From Candidatus Yanofskybacteria bacterium RIFCSPLOWO2_02_FULL_41_13 (GTDB lineage Bacteria; Patescibacteriota; Minisyncoccia; 2-02-FULL-40-12; GWA2-44-9), in NCBI GenBank assembly GCA_001795735.1, contig MGKQ01000020.1, positions 52,050-116,049 of the forward strand: a DNA stretch of 64,000 nucleotides. The letters run 5' to 3'. Below the pieces are notes generated by a model that saw nothing but the letters and a program-made list of their open reading frames with translations, was not told the DNA's origin and made no database searches. Shown in pieces: positions 1 to 9,233 of the stretch; positions within the stretch are counted from its first letter, which is position 1, and the number at the start of each line of letters is the position of its first letter. The position numbers and the translations under genes were made by a program.

Positions 1-678
1 GGCGGTTTTATAGATGCCGGCGCCATTAATAACTGGCGCATATTTAGAATAATGGCTGAGTTCGTTGAGGGGTGGCAGTTTCTAAGCCACTATAATAAAA
101 AGGTTACTATCTTTGGTTCTGCCCGTTCAAGTCCGGAAAGTAAGTGGTATAAAGAGGCTGTTAAGCTTGGCAAAATGTTGGCCGAAGACGGTTTTGACAT
201 AGTAACCGGCGGAGGGCCAGGAATAATGGAAGCGGCAAACCGGGGAGCAAGTGATGCTAGTAAAAATAAAAAAGATTCAAAGAAAATCATCGGAGAATCT
301 ATCGGACTTGATATTCAACTACCCCTAGAGCAGAGGAAAAATAAATATGTTCAAAAAGGGCGGGGATTTTATTATTTTTTTGTAAGAAAGGTCATGCTAT
401 CGTATCATTCCCGCGGATATGTATTTTTTCCCGGAGGATACGGAACTCTGGATGAAGTTTTTGAGCTATTAACCCTGGTTCAAACCAATAAACTTGATCG
501 AGTGCCAATTATTCTCGCGGGTAAAGATTATTGGAATCCGCTTTTGGACTGGCTTAAAACAACAGTATTTGGTCAGTCTAGAAATATAAGCAAAGAAGAT
601 CTGGATATCTATTCGATCGTTGATACGGCGGAAGAAATCTACTCGATAATTAAAAAATCAGTAAATAAAGTAAAATAG
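1..678 (+). CDS. LOG-family (Rossmann-fold) nucleotide phosphoribohydrolase, probably 5'-truncated by the window
   Basis: VTIFGSAR, TGGGPGIMEAANRGA and PGGYGTLDE motifs; frame open from base 1. Confidence 0.85.
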   Translation, partial: GGFIDAGAINNWRIFRIMAEFVEGWQFLSHYNKKVTIFGSARSSPESKWYKEAVKLGKMLAEDGFDIVTGGGPGIMEAANRGASDASKNKKDSKKIIGESIGLDIQLPLEQRKNKYVQKGRGFYYFFVRKVMLSYHSRGYVFFPGGYGTLDEVFELLTLVQTNKLDRVPIILAGKDYWNPLLDWLKTTVFGQSRNISKEDLDIYSIVDTAEEIYSIIKKSVNKVK

Positions 679-682
679 ACTA

Positions 683-710
683 CCCCGAGCATATACTCGG
701 GGCAGTTTTT
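683..710 (+). terminator. Probable intrinsic terminator
   Basis: CCCCGAG-catata-CTCGGGG hairpin followed by T-run just after stop. Confidence 0.55.
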
Positions 711-787
711 GGTTAGTCCGAGTTTTTTGACAAATTAATAATTTAGATGTATTATAATAAAACTAGCTTTTTGAAAAGGAGAAAAAT

Positions 788-1585
788 GTGAGGATTTTTG
801 CGGCTATTTTGTCGTTTACTTTGCTATTTTCAGGAGTTTGTTTTGGACAGAGCAGGGGTGAAAATAAAGTTAATTTCGGTGTTGAATTAAGATGGATTAA
901 CTTCGGCTTTCAAGCAAGCAGAGTCGAGGTAAGAAATATTCCAGAATTTTTTAGACAAGTTCCCGTTCATGAGAAAGACGGCCACCTTAACTTACCTGGC
1001 CAGATCGTAACTGTTCCATCAGATATGATAAAGCCTGGCTTGGTGGCGTTTTACTCTCCGACGCTGGCTCCCGAAATCAACGTAGGAAGATATACGGTCA
1101 GGGGTGGAATCAGCATGGATATCGCTTTAAAACCCCACGCTCTTAAGGGAAACAAGGATTCGACGCGGGAAGTTCATCAGTATGATTCAGGAACGTCTAG
1201 GGGTTCCGGCACTTCACTAGCTTTTTATGCAATTGAAGCAGAAAATAAAATGAAGCTGGGATGGCTGGGCGAGGTAGAGTATAGAGCCGATGATGAGTAT
1301 TCTTTTTTAGCAGGATATGCGGTTTCAAAATACGATATGCGGATTACTAACGGTTGGGATAGGTATAATTTGCTTGAAATACACAGCGAGTATAAGATAT
1401 CTACGAGCAGAGTCGATAAAAAATATCTTGGATTTAGAATTAACAGCGGAAGCAGGACAAGCGTTCTGCTACTGGGAGGAATTTATTCAGAGAAAATGAC
1501 GCCGACTTCTATCGGTAAGACAATGAATATAAAATACGGCGGATCGTATTTTATCAGTTTTGGTTTTTCGATCTCGGTTGATTGA
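788..1585 (+). CDS. Exported hypothetical protein, beta-strand-rich
   Basis: N-terminal signal peptide, SD-like AGGAG upstream, alternating hydrophobic pattern at C-terminus. Confidence 0.7.
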   Translation: MRIFAAILSFTLLFSGVCFGQSRGENKVNFGVELRWINFGFQASRVEVRNIPEFFRQVPVHEKDGHLNLPGQIVTVPSDMIKPGLVAFYSPTLAPEINVGRYTVRGGISMDIALKPHALKGNKDSTREVHQYDSGTSRGSGTSLAFYAIEAENKMKLGWLGEVEYRADDEYSFLAGYAVSKYDMRITNGWDRYNLLEIHSEYKISTSRVDKKYLGFRINSGSRTSVLLLGGIYSEKMTPTSIGKTMNIKYGGSYFISFGFSISVD

Positions 1586-1673
1586 AGATCAAAGGAATCC
1601 AAATAAGGATTCTTTTTTTTGTAAAAATTAGATTGTTGATTTTATATATTGGCAGTGAGATAATTGAGCAATT

Positions 1674-1892
1674 ATGAGAGTCTTAGTAAAAGCAAAACCA
1701 AGTTCAAGAGAATATGGCATTGAAAAAATTTCCGAGAATAATTTTGTTGTCTCGGTAAAAGAACCGCCGGTCAGAGGACAGGCCAATGAGGGAATAATCA
1801 GGACGCTGGCTGAGTATTTCGGCGTTTCAAGATCTCAGGTTAGGATAGTCTCCGGCTGGACTTCGAGAAATAAGATAATAGAAATATTATAG
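1674..1892 (+). CDS. DUF167/YggU-family protein
   Basis: VKAKPSS...VKEPPVRGQANE...LAEYFGV...IVSGWTSRNK pattern. Confidence 0.85.
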   Translation: MRVLVKAKPSSREYGIEKISENNFVVSVKEPPVRGQANEGIIRTLAEYFGVSRSQVRIVSGWTSRNKIIEIL

Positions 1893-1940
1893 GATAGGGT
1901 TGCCTAATTTAGGCCGTTTTGATATAAAAGTTATATAAAT

Positions 1941-2306
1941 ATGACCAAGAAAAATCTATACTTACTGATGCTTGTTGCCGGAGTTGCTCTCATAGCTTTC
2001 TCTATCTTTGATAAGGGTAAATTAGATGTCGCCGATATGGAGAATGAGGATACTACGAAGGTAGCGGCTACCGAGACGGAAGATGCCGATTACCTGGAAG
2101 GCGTTCTTTATGCTTCTGAAGACATGAGTAGGGGAAACTTGAAACTTGTTTCGGACGGAAGAAATATTTATATGAGAACTAGCAGGGACTTTAGCAGATT
2201 GATCGGATTGCAGGTGCTGGTTTTTATGGAAGGAGCATTAGACAATTTCGAACTTATAGATATCCAGCCTAAACTCGAGAAGAACGGTTACATTCTTCAG
2301 CAATAA
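1941..2306 (+). CDS. Membrane-anchored hypothetical protein
   Basis: ORF with N-terminal hydrophobic helix. Confidence 0.65.
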   Translation: MTKKNLYLLMLVAGVALIAFSIFDKGKLDVADMENEDTTKVAATETEDADYLEGVLYASEDMSRGNLKLVSDGRNIYMRTSRDFSRLIGLQVLVFMEGALDNFELIDIQPKLEKNGYILQQ

Positions 2307-2376
2307 TTATCTATCTCAATTTACTCCAGGCTCCAAGCCTCTTTATTATTAGCCCGAAAAATGGTATAATCGGGCA

Positions 2377-2631
2377 ATGAGGATTCTCTATATCTCTCTG
2401 TTTACTCTGTTGGGCGTACTGGTCCAGTTTGTTATCCATAGCGTTGTCGAGCAATGGTATATCAAGCTTTTGATAAGCGATTTTGAAAAATATAGCCTTG
2501 GCTGGTTGTGGGACGTATGGTTTTCAATTCATTATGTCGGTTCTATCATCCTGCTTGCTGTCGGTATCATTGCCGGCTATTATCTGGGCAAATATTGGTG
2601 GGGGAGGATTTATGAAAAGAAACAAATATGA
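2377..2631 (+). CDS. Small membrane protein (2 TM)
   Basis: Two hydrophobic segments; TGGTATAAT 6 nt upstream; stop overlaps next ATG. Confidence 0.65.
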   Translation: MRILYISLFTLLGVLVQFVIHSVVEQWYIKLLISDFEKYSLGWLWDVWFSIHYVGSIILLAVGIIAGYYLGKYWWGRIYEKKQI

Positions 2632-4193
2632 AATTATGGATAAGAATAAAAAGTAAAAAGTTTATCTGGATAACCGCAATCATCGTCGGGGTAGTGTTAA
2701 TTATTTTGATGACCAAAGGCGGATCGGAAAAGGCATATGAATTTATAACTGTAAGCAGGGGCGAGCTTGTTCAGGAAGTAAGTGTTACTGGAAAGATAAA
2801 ACCTACCCAATCTGTGGACTTGCAGTTTGAAAGTTCGGGACGGATATCGGCCATTAATTACAAGGTCGGAGGCCATGTAAACAGAGGTGCGGTAATTGCT
2901 TCCCTCGAGAACCAAGATCTTCAAGCGGCAGTTACTTCGGCGAGGGCAGACCTGGATAAAACAGTAAGAAACTTTAATTCCCTGAACAATTCATTGGTCT
3001 ATTCTTCTCTTCGTGTTGAGTTAGATAATGCCGAGAACAGCCTTAAGCGAGTAGAGGAGCAAGCTGATAGCGATCTAGCATCGGAGTATAATGATGCTTT
3101 TAATGCTATTCGTGAGGCGATGACTCAGATAAACACATCCTCCGTTGTCTTAGAATATTTGAGAAAGACGCATCTTGAGGCAAAGCATCCCTGGGACTCT
3201 ACCGTTAAACAGTATCAGAATGAAGTTAAAAACGGAGTTAACGGTGTTTTATCCGTATTATCGGCGATTAATCAATCAAACGTAACAATTACTCCTAATA
3301 TGTATAATGAGATAGACTTGGCTTTGCAGGAAGCTTTAAGCGCCTGCCAATCTTTGCGAGGAGCATTTACGTATCTTCAAGGCGAGGTCCAGAGTAATTC
3401 TTATCTGATATCATCGTCAACGGATAGGACGAGTCTTAACACCGAAGCGGTTGCTATCTCTTCAGACCTTTCGGCAATATCAAGTTCTATTCGGAGTATA
3501 ACCGACCAGAAAGTAGCAAATAATAAAAACATTTCTGACGCAAATGCAAAACTGGCTACGGCCAAAGCGGCTTTCCCAGCATCCGAAGATATTCTCGAGA
3601 AAGAAGCGGCTTTACTATCGGCCCAATCTCAATTGCGCAAGGCGCTCGTTGTGGCTCCTTTCGCAGGTATCATCGGTAAGATCGATGTTGAGGCTGGCCA
3701 GACCGTGACTTCATCAACCGTAATCGTATCTCTTATCTCTGCGGCTAACTATCAAATCGAGGCTAACATAACAGAAATTGACATAGGCAAATTGAGAGTC
3801 GGCAACCAAGCCGTACTTACTCTCGATGCTTATGGTTCCCAAACTGCTTTTCAGGCAGTAGTTTCGGCAATTGATACATCGGCTACCGTTATCGAGGGGG
3901 TTACTACATATAAGACTATTTTTGATTTTGAGGGCTATGTTGATCAAGGAATCCGTCCGAATATGACTGCGAATATAGATATCCAGACGGCAAAGAAAGA
4001 AAATATTATTTCTGTTCCTCAGCGAGCGGTTATCTCAAAGAACGGCGACCGGCTTGTAAAAATTTATCGGGGAGATGGCATTGAACCGGAAGAAAGAGCT
4101 GTCCAGCTGGGAATGTCCGGGAAGGATGGCTACGTTGAAATTACAAGCGGTCTTTCAGAAGGCGAACAGGTTATTACTTTTATCAATGATTAA
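2628..4193 (+). CDS. Efflux membrane-fusion (MacA/HlyD-like adaptor) protein
   Basis: N-terminal TM, SVTGKIKP, long coiled coil, APFAGII, IRPNMTANIDI, GLSEGEQV. Confidence 0.88.
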   Translation: MKLWIRIKSKKFIWITAIIVGVVLIILMTKGGSEKAYEFITVSRGELVQEVSVTGKIKPTQSVDLQFESSGRISAINYKVGGHVNRGAVIASLENQDLQAAVTSARADLDKTVRNFNSLNNSLVYSSLRVELDNAENSLKRVEEQADSDLASEYNDAFNAIREAMTQINTSSVVLEYLRKTHLEAKHPWDSTVKQYQNEVKNGVNGVLSVLSAINQSNVTITPNMYNEIDLALQEALSACQSLRGAFTYLQGEVQSNSYLISSSTDRTSLNTEAVAISSDLSAISSSIRSITDQKVANNKNISDANAKLATAKAAFPASEDILEKEAALLSAQSQLRKALVVAPFAGIIGKIDVEAGQTVTSSTVIVSLISAANYQIEANITEIDIGKLRVGNQAVLTLDAYGSQTAFQAVVSAIDTSATVIEGVTTYKTIFDFEGYVDQGIRPNMTANIDIQTAKKENIISVPQRAVISKNGDRLVKIYRGDGIEPEERAVQLGMSGKDGYVEITSGLSEGEQVITFIND

Positions 4194-4914
4194 TAACAGC
4201 GAAATTCTATTAAGAATCAGGGGATTAGAAAAGATTTATAGTGATGACGGTGGAACCGAAACTCCCGCTCTTCGCGGGGTTTCTTTTGATATTCGAAAAG
4301 GGGAGTTTCTGGCGATAATGGGGCCATCCGGCTCGGGCAAATCCACCCTCCTTCATATACTTGGGTTTTTAGATAGGCCAAGCGGGGGTAGCTATATTTT
4401 TGAGAACAAAGAAATGAACAGTTATAACAATGACGAACTGGCCCAGCTCCGCAATAAAAAATTTGGTTTTATTTTTCAAGCCTTTAATCTTTTAGCCAGA
4501 TCCAGTGTAATGGAAAATGTTAAACTGCCGTTGGCCTATGCTGATGTTCCGGAAGCAAAGCAAACCCCGATAGCCATGAAGGCAATCGATGCCGTCGGTC
4601 TTTCTCACCGTGTTTATCATGAGTCCTCTAAACTATCAGGCGGAGAAAAACAGCGGGTAGCTATAGCCCGGGCTTTAGTCAATGATCCTGAGGTTATTTT
4701 TGCCGACGAACCGACCGGGAATCTCGATTCAAAATCTGGCGGACAGGTAATGGAATTCATAGATAAGCTTCATAATCAGGGGCACACTATAATATTAATA
4801 ACTCACGAGACTTACACGGCTGAATATGCCGAAAGAATCATTAAATTAAAAGACGGTTTGATCGAAAGTGATGAAAAAGTTTCGAGCCGCCACCATGCCG
4901 AATTTAAGAAATAA
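4186..4914 (+). CDS. ABC transporter ATP-binding protein (MacB/LolD-like)
   Basis: [33 protein letters not shown]; ATG at 4186 overlapping upstream gene preferred over 4075. Confidence 0.93.
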   Translation: MINNSEILLRIRGLEKIYSDDGGTETPALRGVSFDIRKGEFLAIMGPSGSGKSTLLHILGFLDRPSGGSYIFENKEMNSYNNDELAQLRNKKFGFIFQAFNLLARSSVMENVKLPLAYADVPEAKQTPIAMKAIDAVGLSHRVYHESSKLSGGEKQRVAIARALVNDPEVIFADEPTGNLDSKSGGQVMEFIDKLHNQGHTIILITHETYTAEYAERIIKLKDGLIESDEKVSSRHHAEFKK

Positions 4915-4931
4915 ACTTTCATAAACGAAAA

Positions 4932-6170
4932 ATGACATTAGGCAATACATTCAAAACTTCAATTAAGGGCTTGTTAACTCACAAGTCGAGGTCAATTTTA
5001 ACTATTCTCGGCATTGTTATCGGCATCACGGCGATAATGCTGGTTATGGCGGTAAGCCGGGGAGCAAAAGATCTGATACTTTCCCAGATACAAGGTTTGG
5101 GATCGCAGACAATAATCGTTCGGGCGGGGCGTGAGCCCGAAGGTCCTTCGGACTTCGCTTCAATTTTTACAACATCGCTTAAGGACAGGGAAGTCCAGGC
5201 TTTAAAAAATCCGGCATTTGTCAGAGGAGTTTTAGCGGTCGCTCCCAATGTTATCGGTTCGGGTACGGCTCTTTACGGAAGTGAAACAAAAAACGCCAGT
5301 TTGCTCGGAACGACGACTGATATTCTTCAGGCCCTTGAAATTCAGCCTCGATACGGCGCTTTTTTCAGTGAAGCCGATGTTGCCGCCCATTCAAGCGTTG
5401 CCGTTCTGGGATCTGAAGTCAAAGAAGAGCTTTTCGGCGATTCAGATGCGGTGGGGGAAACGATAAAATTTTATGACCGGAATTTTAAAGTTATCGGCGT
5501 ATTTGATAATATAGGACAAATAGGAGCTTTCGATATAGATACAAATATTATTGTTCCGGTAACAACCGCCAATCAGTATTTGCTCGGCAACAACCACTAC
5601 ACCGTAATTATGGTCAGGGTTGAATCGGAGGCTGTTATTGAAAGAGCTGCCGACGATATTCGCCAGACTCTCCGCGAGCTTCACGGCATAACTGATCCGG
5701 ATAAGGATGATTTTTTTGTGGCTACTCAGGCTGATCTGGCCGAGAGGGTCGGCACTATTACCGGAATTTTATCGGCTCTTCTTCTTTCGGTTGCGGCAAT
5801 CTCTCTTGTTGTCGGCGGGATTGGAATTATGAATATTATGCTTGTGTCGGTAACAGAAAGGACGCGGGAAATAGGCTTGCGCAAGGCCGTGGGTGCAACT
5901 ACGGGAGATATCTTGAGGCAATTTCTTTTTGAATCAGTCCTGTTAACTTCAGTCGGAGGCGTTATCGGCATTAGTCTGGGAGCGGTCTTGTCACTGCTTG
6001 CGTCTGTCATTCTCACCAGATTTTTAGAAGTTAACTGGGGATTTGCGTTTCCAATAACCGGAGCCCTGCTTGGTTTTGGGGTATCGGCTTTAGTCGGTCT
6101 CATATTTGGAATATATCCGGCCCGCCAAGCATCACGCAAGAGTCCAATAGAAGCTTTGCGATATGAGTAG
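4932..6170 (+). CDS. ABC transporter permease (MacB/FtsX family)
   Basis: RSILTILGIVIG, GGIGIMNIMLVSVTERTREIGLRKAVGA, PIEALRYE. Confidence 0.93.
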   Translation: MTLGNTFKTSIKGLLTHKSRSILTILGIVIGITAIMLVMAVSRGAKDLILSQIQGLGSQTIIVRAGREPEGPSDFASIFTTSLKDREVQALKNPAFVRGVLAVAPNVIGSGTALYGSETKNASLLGTTTDILQALEIQPRYGAFFSEADVAAHSSVAVLGSEVKEELFGDSDAVGETIKFYDRNFKVIGVFDNIGQIGAFDIDTNIIVPVTTANQYLLGNNHYTVIMVRVESEAVIERAADDIRQTLRELHGITDPDKDDFFVATQADLAERVGTITGILSALLLSVAAISLVVGGIGIMNIMLVSVTERTREIGLRKAVGATTGDILRQFLFESVLLTSVGGVIGISLGAVLSLLASVILTRFLEVNWGFAFPITGALLGFGVSALVGLIFGIYPARQASRKSPIEALRYE

Positions 6171-6198
6171 CTTGGCGAGGCTCATCCCTTTGCTAGGG

Positions 6199-6252
6199 TC
6201 GGCCCGCCAAACCTCCTTGAAAAGTCCGATAGAAGCGCTAAAATACGAATAG
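6199..6252 (+). pseudogene. Diverged duplicate of the last 17 codons plus stop of the ABC permease
   Basis: Translates SARQTSLKSPIEALKYE* versus PARQASRKSPIEALRYE* at 6117-6170. Confidence 0.8.
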
Positions 6253-6277
6253 TTGACTTTTTACCGGATCTTTAAAA

Positions 6278-6619
6278 ATGGATGGTAAAAAACATTGCGA
6301 CTTCGGACCCATTTTCTGGGCACATCTTTTCTATATAATTCTTATCTATATTTCTCCCTTTTGGCTGGATTGGAGATGGATGCCTTTGGGTGTCATAGGC
6401 ATGTATCTTCAATGGTACTACTTTGGCGGATGTTTTCTTACAAAATTAGAATTTGGGGAAAGTGAGCATAATAACTTTAATTGGTACTATCTCAATAGGC
6501 TGGGATTTAATGTCAGCTTAAAGAGGGTTAAGATTTTTACGGATTATTTGATTCCAATTTTCTTGTTTGTCTTTGCATTTGTTTGGCAGTTTATACTTGG
6601 ACATGCGGCTTGGCTTTGA
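6278..6619 (+). CDS. Small membrane protein (DUF2784-like)
   Basis: Hydrophobic, GGCFLTKLE motif. Confidence 0.6.
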   Translation: MDGKKHCDFGPIFWAHLFYIILIYISPFWLDWRWMPLGVIGMYLQWYYFGGCFLTKLEFGESEHNNFNWYYLNRLGFNVSLKRVKIFTDYLIPIFLFVFAFVWQFILGHAAWL

Positions 6620-6757
6620 GCCGCTTTTTTATCCCGCTAATAATAAGTGCGGGGATTTTGTTTAAATAAATATCCAACGACGTTCTGTATTCTAATTTGC
6701 AATTAATATATTTTTACTTATAATTCAAGCATGTAGATTTTTAAAAACGGTGAGAAT

Positions 6758-7090
6758 ATGGGTGATAACTTAAAGGTTGTAAAATTTCCTGACGCCAAGG
6801 ATAGACCAGCTGAAAGAGCTGGGAAAAGTAATGGTGCTGAAGTTACGAATATGACCGAATGGAAAAGAAAATATTTCAGAATAAACAATGAGGTGGGTGC
6901 GCTTGAAGAAGATGTTATTTTTGCCAGAAAAAAGATCATGGAAATTTTAAAAAAACTTGATTGTAATACTGTGGTGGAGGAGGCTTGGATCGGTAGGGCC
7001 CCATTTTGTCTTTACGTTGAAGCTCATCTTCGGGGAGTCGAATCTTTGGAAAGTGATATAATTCGTATAAAAATAGAGTCGGATCTATAG
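6758..7090 (+). CDS. Hypothetical protein
   Basis: 110-aa ORF, no recognised motif. Confidence 0.5.
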   Translation: MGDNLKVVKFPDAKDRPAERAGKSNGAEVTNMTEWKRKYFRINNEVGALEEDVIFARKKIMEILKKLDCNTVVEEAWIGRAPFCLYVEAHLRGVESLESDIIRIKIESDL

Positions 7091-7220
7091 AGTTAATATG
7101 TCGGTGAATAGCACCGACTTTTTTTATTCTGCACATAACAAGTTATGCGTGGGGTTGAATTTCTTCCGTATTTGTAATACTATTTTAGTCTTAAGTACGT
7201 TAAAAAACGGAGATAGGGGA

Positions 7221-9173
7221 ATGATCAAACAGGCATCTCGTATATTGGTTTTTGCGGTTACGATATTGGTTGGTACTAATCTTATCTTTGCCGATGAGGG
7301 AATGTGGCTTTTGAGCAATTTGCCACTAAACGAACTTAGGCAGAAGTATAATTTTGTTCCTTCAGATCAATGGACTGAGCAGGTTCAGAAGAGTTCTGCT
7401 CGGTTACCCAATTGTTCAGCTTCGCTTGTTTCTTCAGATGGTCTGATAATGACCAACGGACATTGTGCTCAGGAGGCTGTGCAAGCTTTAAGTACGCCCC
7501 AGAACAATCTGTATGAGAACGGATTTTACGCCAGAACTTTACTTGCAGAAAAGAAGACAAGCTTGAATCTCAAAGTTCTGATAAGCGTTGAAGACAGAGG
7601 CGTTCAGAAGCAGGGTCTGGTTTGTGAGGAAGTTATTCTTTATCAGGGCGGTCAGTACAACAACTATTGTTATAAAGTTTATGATGATATCAGACTTGTT
7701 TTCTCCAGTGAAAAAAATACATGGTTTTTCGGCGGTGATGCCGATAACTTTGAATATCCGCGCTTCGCAATGGACGTTGCGTTTCTAAGAGCCTATGAAA
7801 ATGATAAACCAGCTCAGACTTCTAACCATTTTAAGTGGTCAAAGTCAGGAGCATCCGAAGACGAACTTATATTTGTTTCGGGTCATCCGGGAAGTACGGA
7901 ACGTATGCTGACTTCAGCAGCTCTTGAAACTGAGCGGGATATAAAAGCTCCATTTATTCTGGATCTTATAAGGCGGCGTGAGATCACTACTCAGCAATTT
8001 ATGCTGAGGGGTAAGGAACAGACACGTATTGCCAAGTCAGATCTGTTTAGCTGGCAGAACGGCAGAAAACTTTATACTGGCAAGATAAGAGGATTGCAGG
8101 ACTTAGATTTAACTGACAGTAAGAAGATCTATGAAAAAAAAGTTACAGATGATGCTAAAAATAAGCCCCATCTGACAAAAAAGCTAGAAGACGGTCGTTT
8201 GATGGTTGCCGACGCCCAAACAGCTATCAGAGAGATATATTCTAAAGTTGTTCTTCTTCTGGCCAGACACGGATTTGATAGTAGATTGTTTAAGTACGCC
8301 CAGAGTCTTGTCTCAGGAAACCAACAATTTGCCGAATCAGTTCTTGAGGAAAGAAACAACGAGCCTCCGCTTAATCTCGAATATGAAGAGGCAAAGTTAA
8401 GGGACTCTCTAACTCATTTTACTGAAGTTTTTGGAGTAAATAATCTGGCGACACAAGATCTCCTAATGCGGTACCATGAGCGGCCGTCGGATGTTGCCAG
8501 TTTATTAATTTCGAGTACTAGGCTAGCAGATTTCAATGAGCATAAATTAATTGTTCAAGAGTTTATAAAGTCAGGTAGTTTGCCGTTTGGCAACGGGGAT
8601 TTAATTGTTGGATTGGTTCGGGACATTCAAGTCAAACATGCTCCGCAGTATGAAAAAGCATGGCACGATGCTCTTGAAAAAGAACGACAAGGCTATGCTA
8701 AAATATCGGAGGTATTATTTGAACTTTACGGAACAGATATATATCCCGATGCAACATTTACTTTGAGATTATCATTTGGCACGGTGTCGGGCTATGAAGA
8801 AAACGGCAGGCAGATTGCACCGTTTACAACAATTGGCCAAGCATTTGCCCACTCGGCTGAATTTGATAATACCGGAGATCACCAGTTGCCCTTAAGCTGG
8901 TATAAAGCCAGACGGCTTTTAAGGTCAGCCACGCCTCTGAATTTTACTTCAAATCTGGACATTACCGGCGGTAACTCGGGAAGTCCGGTATTTAACAAAG
9001 AGTTAGAAATTGTCGGTCTGGTCTTTGATGGCAATATTCATAGCTTGGTGAGCGATTATGACTATAACTATTCCCCAAAATCAAGAGCCATTTCTGTTCA
9101 TTCTTCCGGTATTCTGGAAATGTTACAGAAAGTGTACAAAGCAGACAGGCTGGTCAAAGAATTGACCCGATAG
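7221..9173 (+). CDS. S46-family dipeptidyl peptidase, exported
   Basis: ADEGMW, MTNGHC, FGGDADNFEYPR, YPDATFTLRLSFG, DITGGNSGSPV; signal peptide from ATG 7221. Confidence 0.92.
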   Translation: MIKQASRILVFAVTILVGTNLIFADEGMWLLSNLPLNELRQKYNFVPSDQWTEQVQKSSARLPNCSASLVSSDGLIMTNGHCAQEAVQALSTPQNNLYENGFYARTLLAEKKTSLNLKVLISVEDRGVQKQGLVCEEVILYQGGQYNNYCYKVYDDIRLVFSSEKNTWFFGGDADNFEYPRFAMDVAFLRAYENDKPAQTSNHFKWSKSGASEDELIFVSGHPGSTERMLTSAALETERDIKAPFILDLIRRREITTQQFMLRGKEQTRIAKSDLFSWQNGRKLYTGKIRGLQDLDLTDSKKIYEKKVTDDAKNKPHLTKKLEDGRLMVADAQTAIREIYSKVVLLLARHGFDSRLFKYAQSLVSGNQQFAESVLEERNNEPPLNLEYEEAKLRDSLTHFTEVFGVNNLATQDLLMRYHERPSDVASLLISSTRLADFNEHKLIVQEFIKSGSLPFGNGDLIVGLVRDIQVKHAPQYEKAWHDALEKERQGYAKISEVLFELYGTDIYPDATFTLRLSFGTVSGYEENGRQIAPFTTIGQAFAHSAEFDNTGDHQLPLSWYKARRLLRSATPLNFTSNLDITGGNSGSPVFNKELEIVGLVFDGNIHSLVSDYDYNYSPKSRAISVHSSGILEMLQKVYKADRLVKELTR

Positions 9174-9233
9174 TCCTGACTTAACGTCGGGATTTTTTAT
9201 TACAAAAGGTCGTAAGTTTGTTATAATAAAGAT

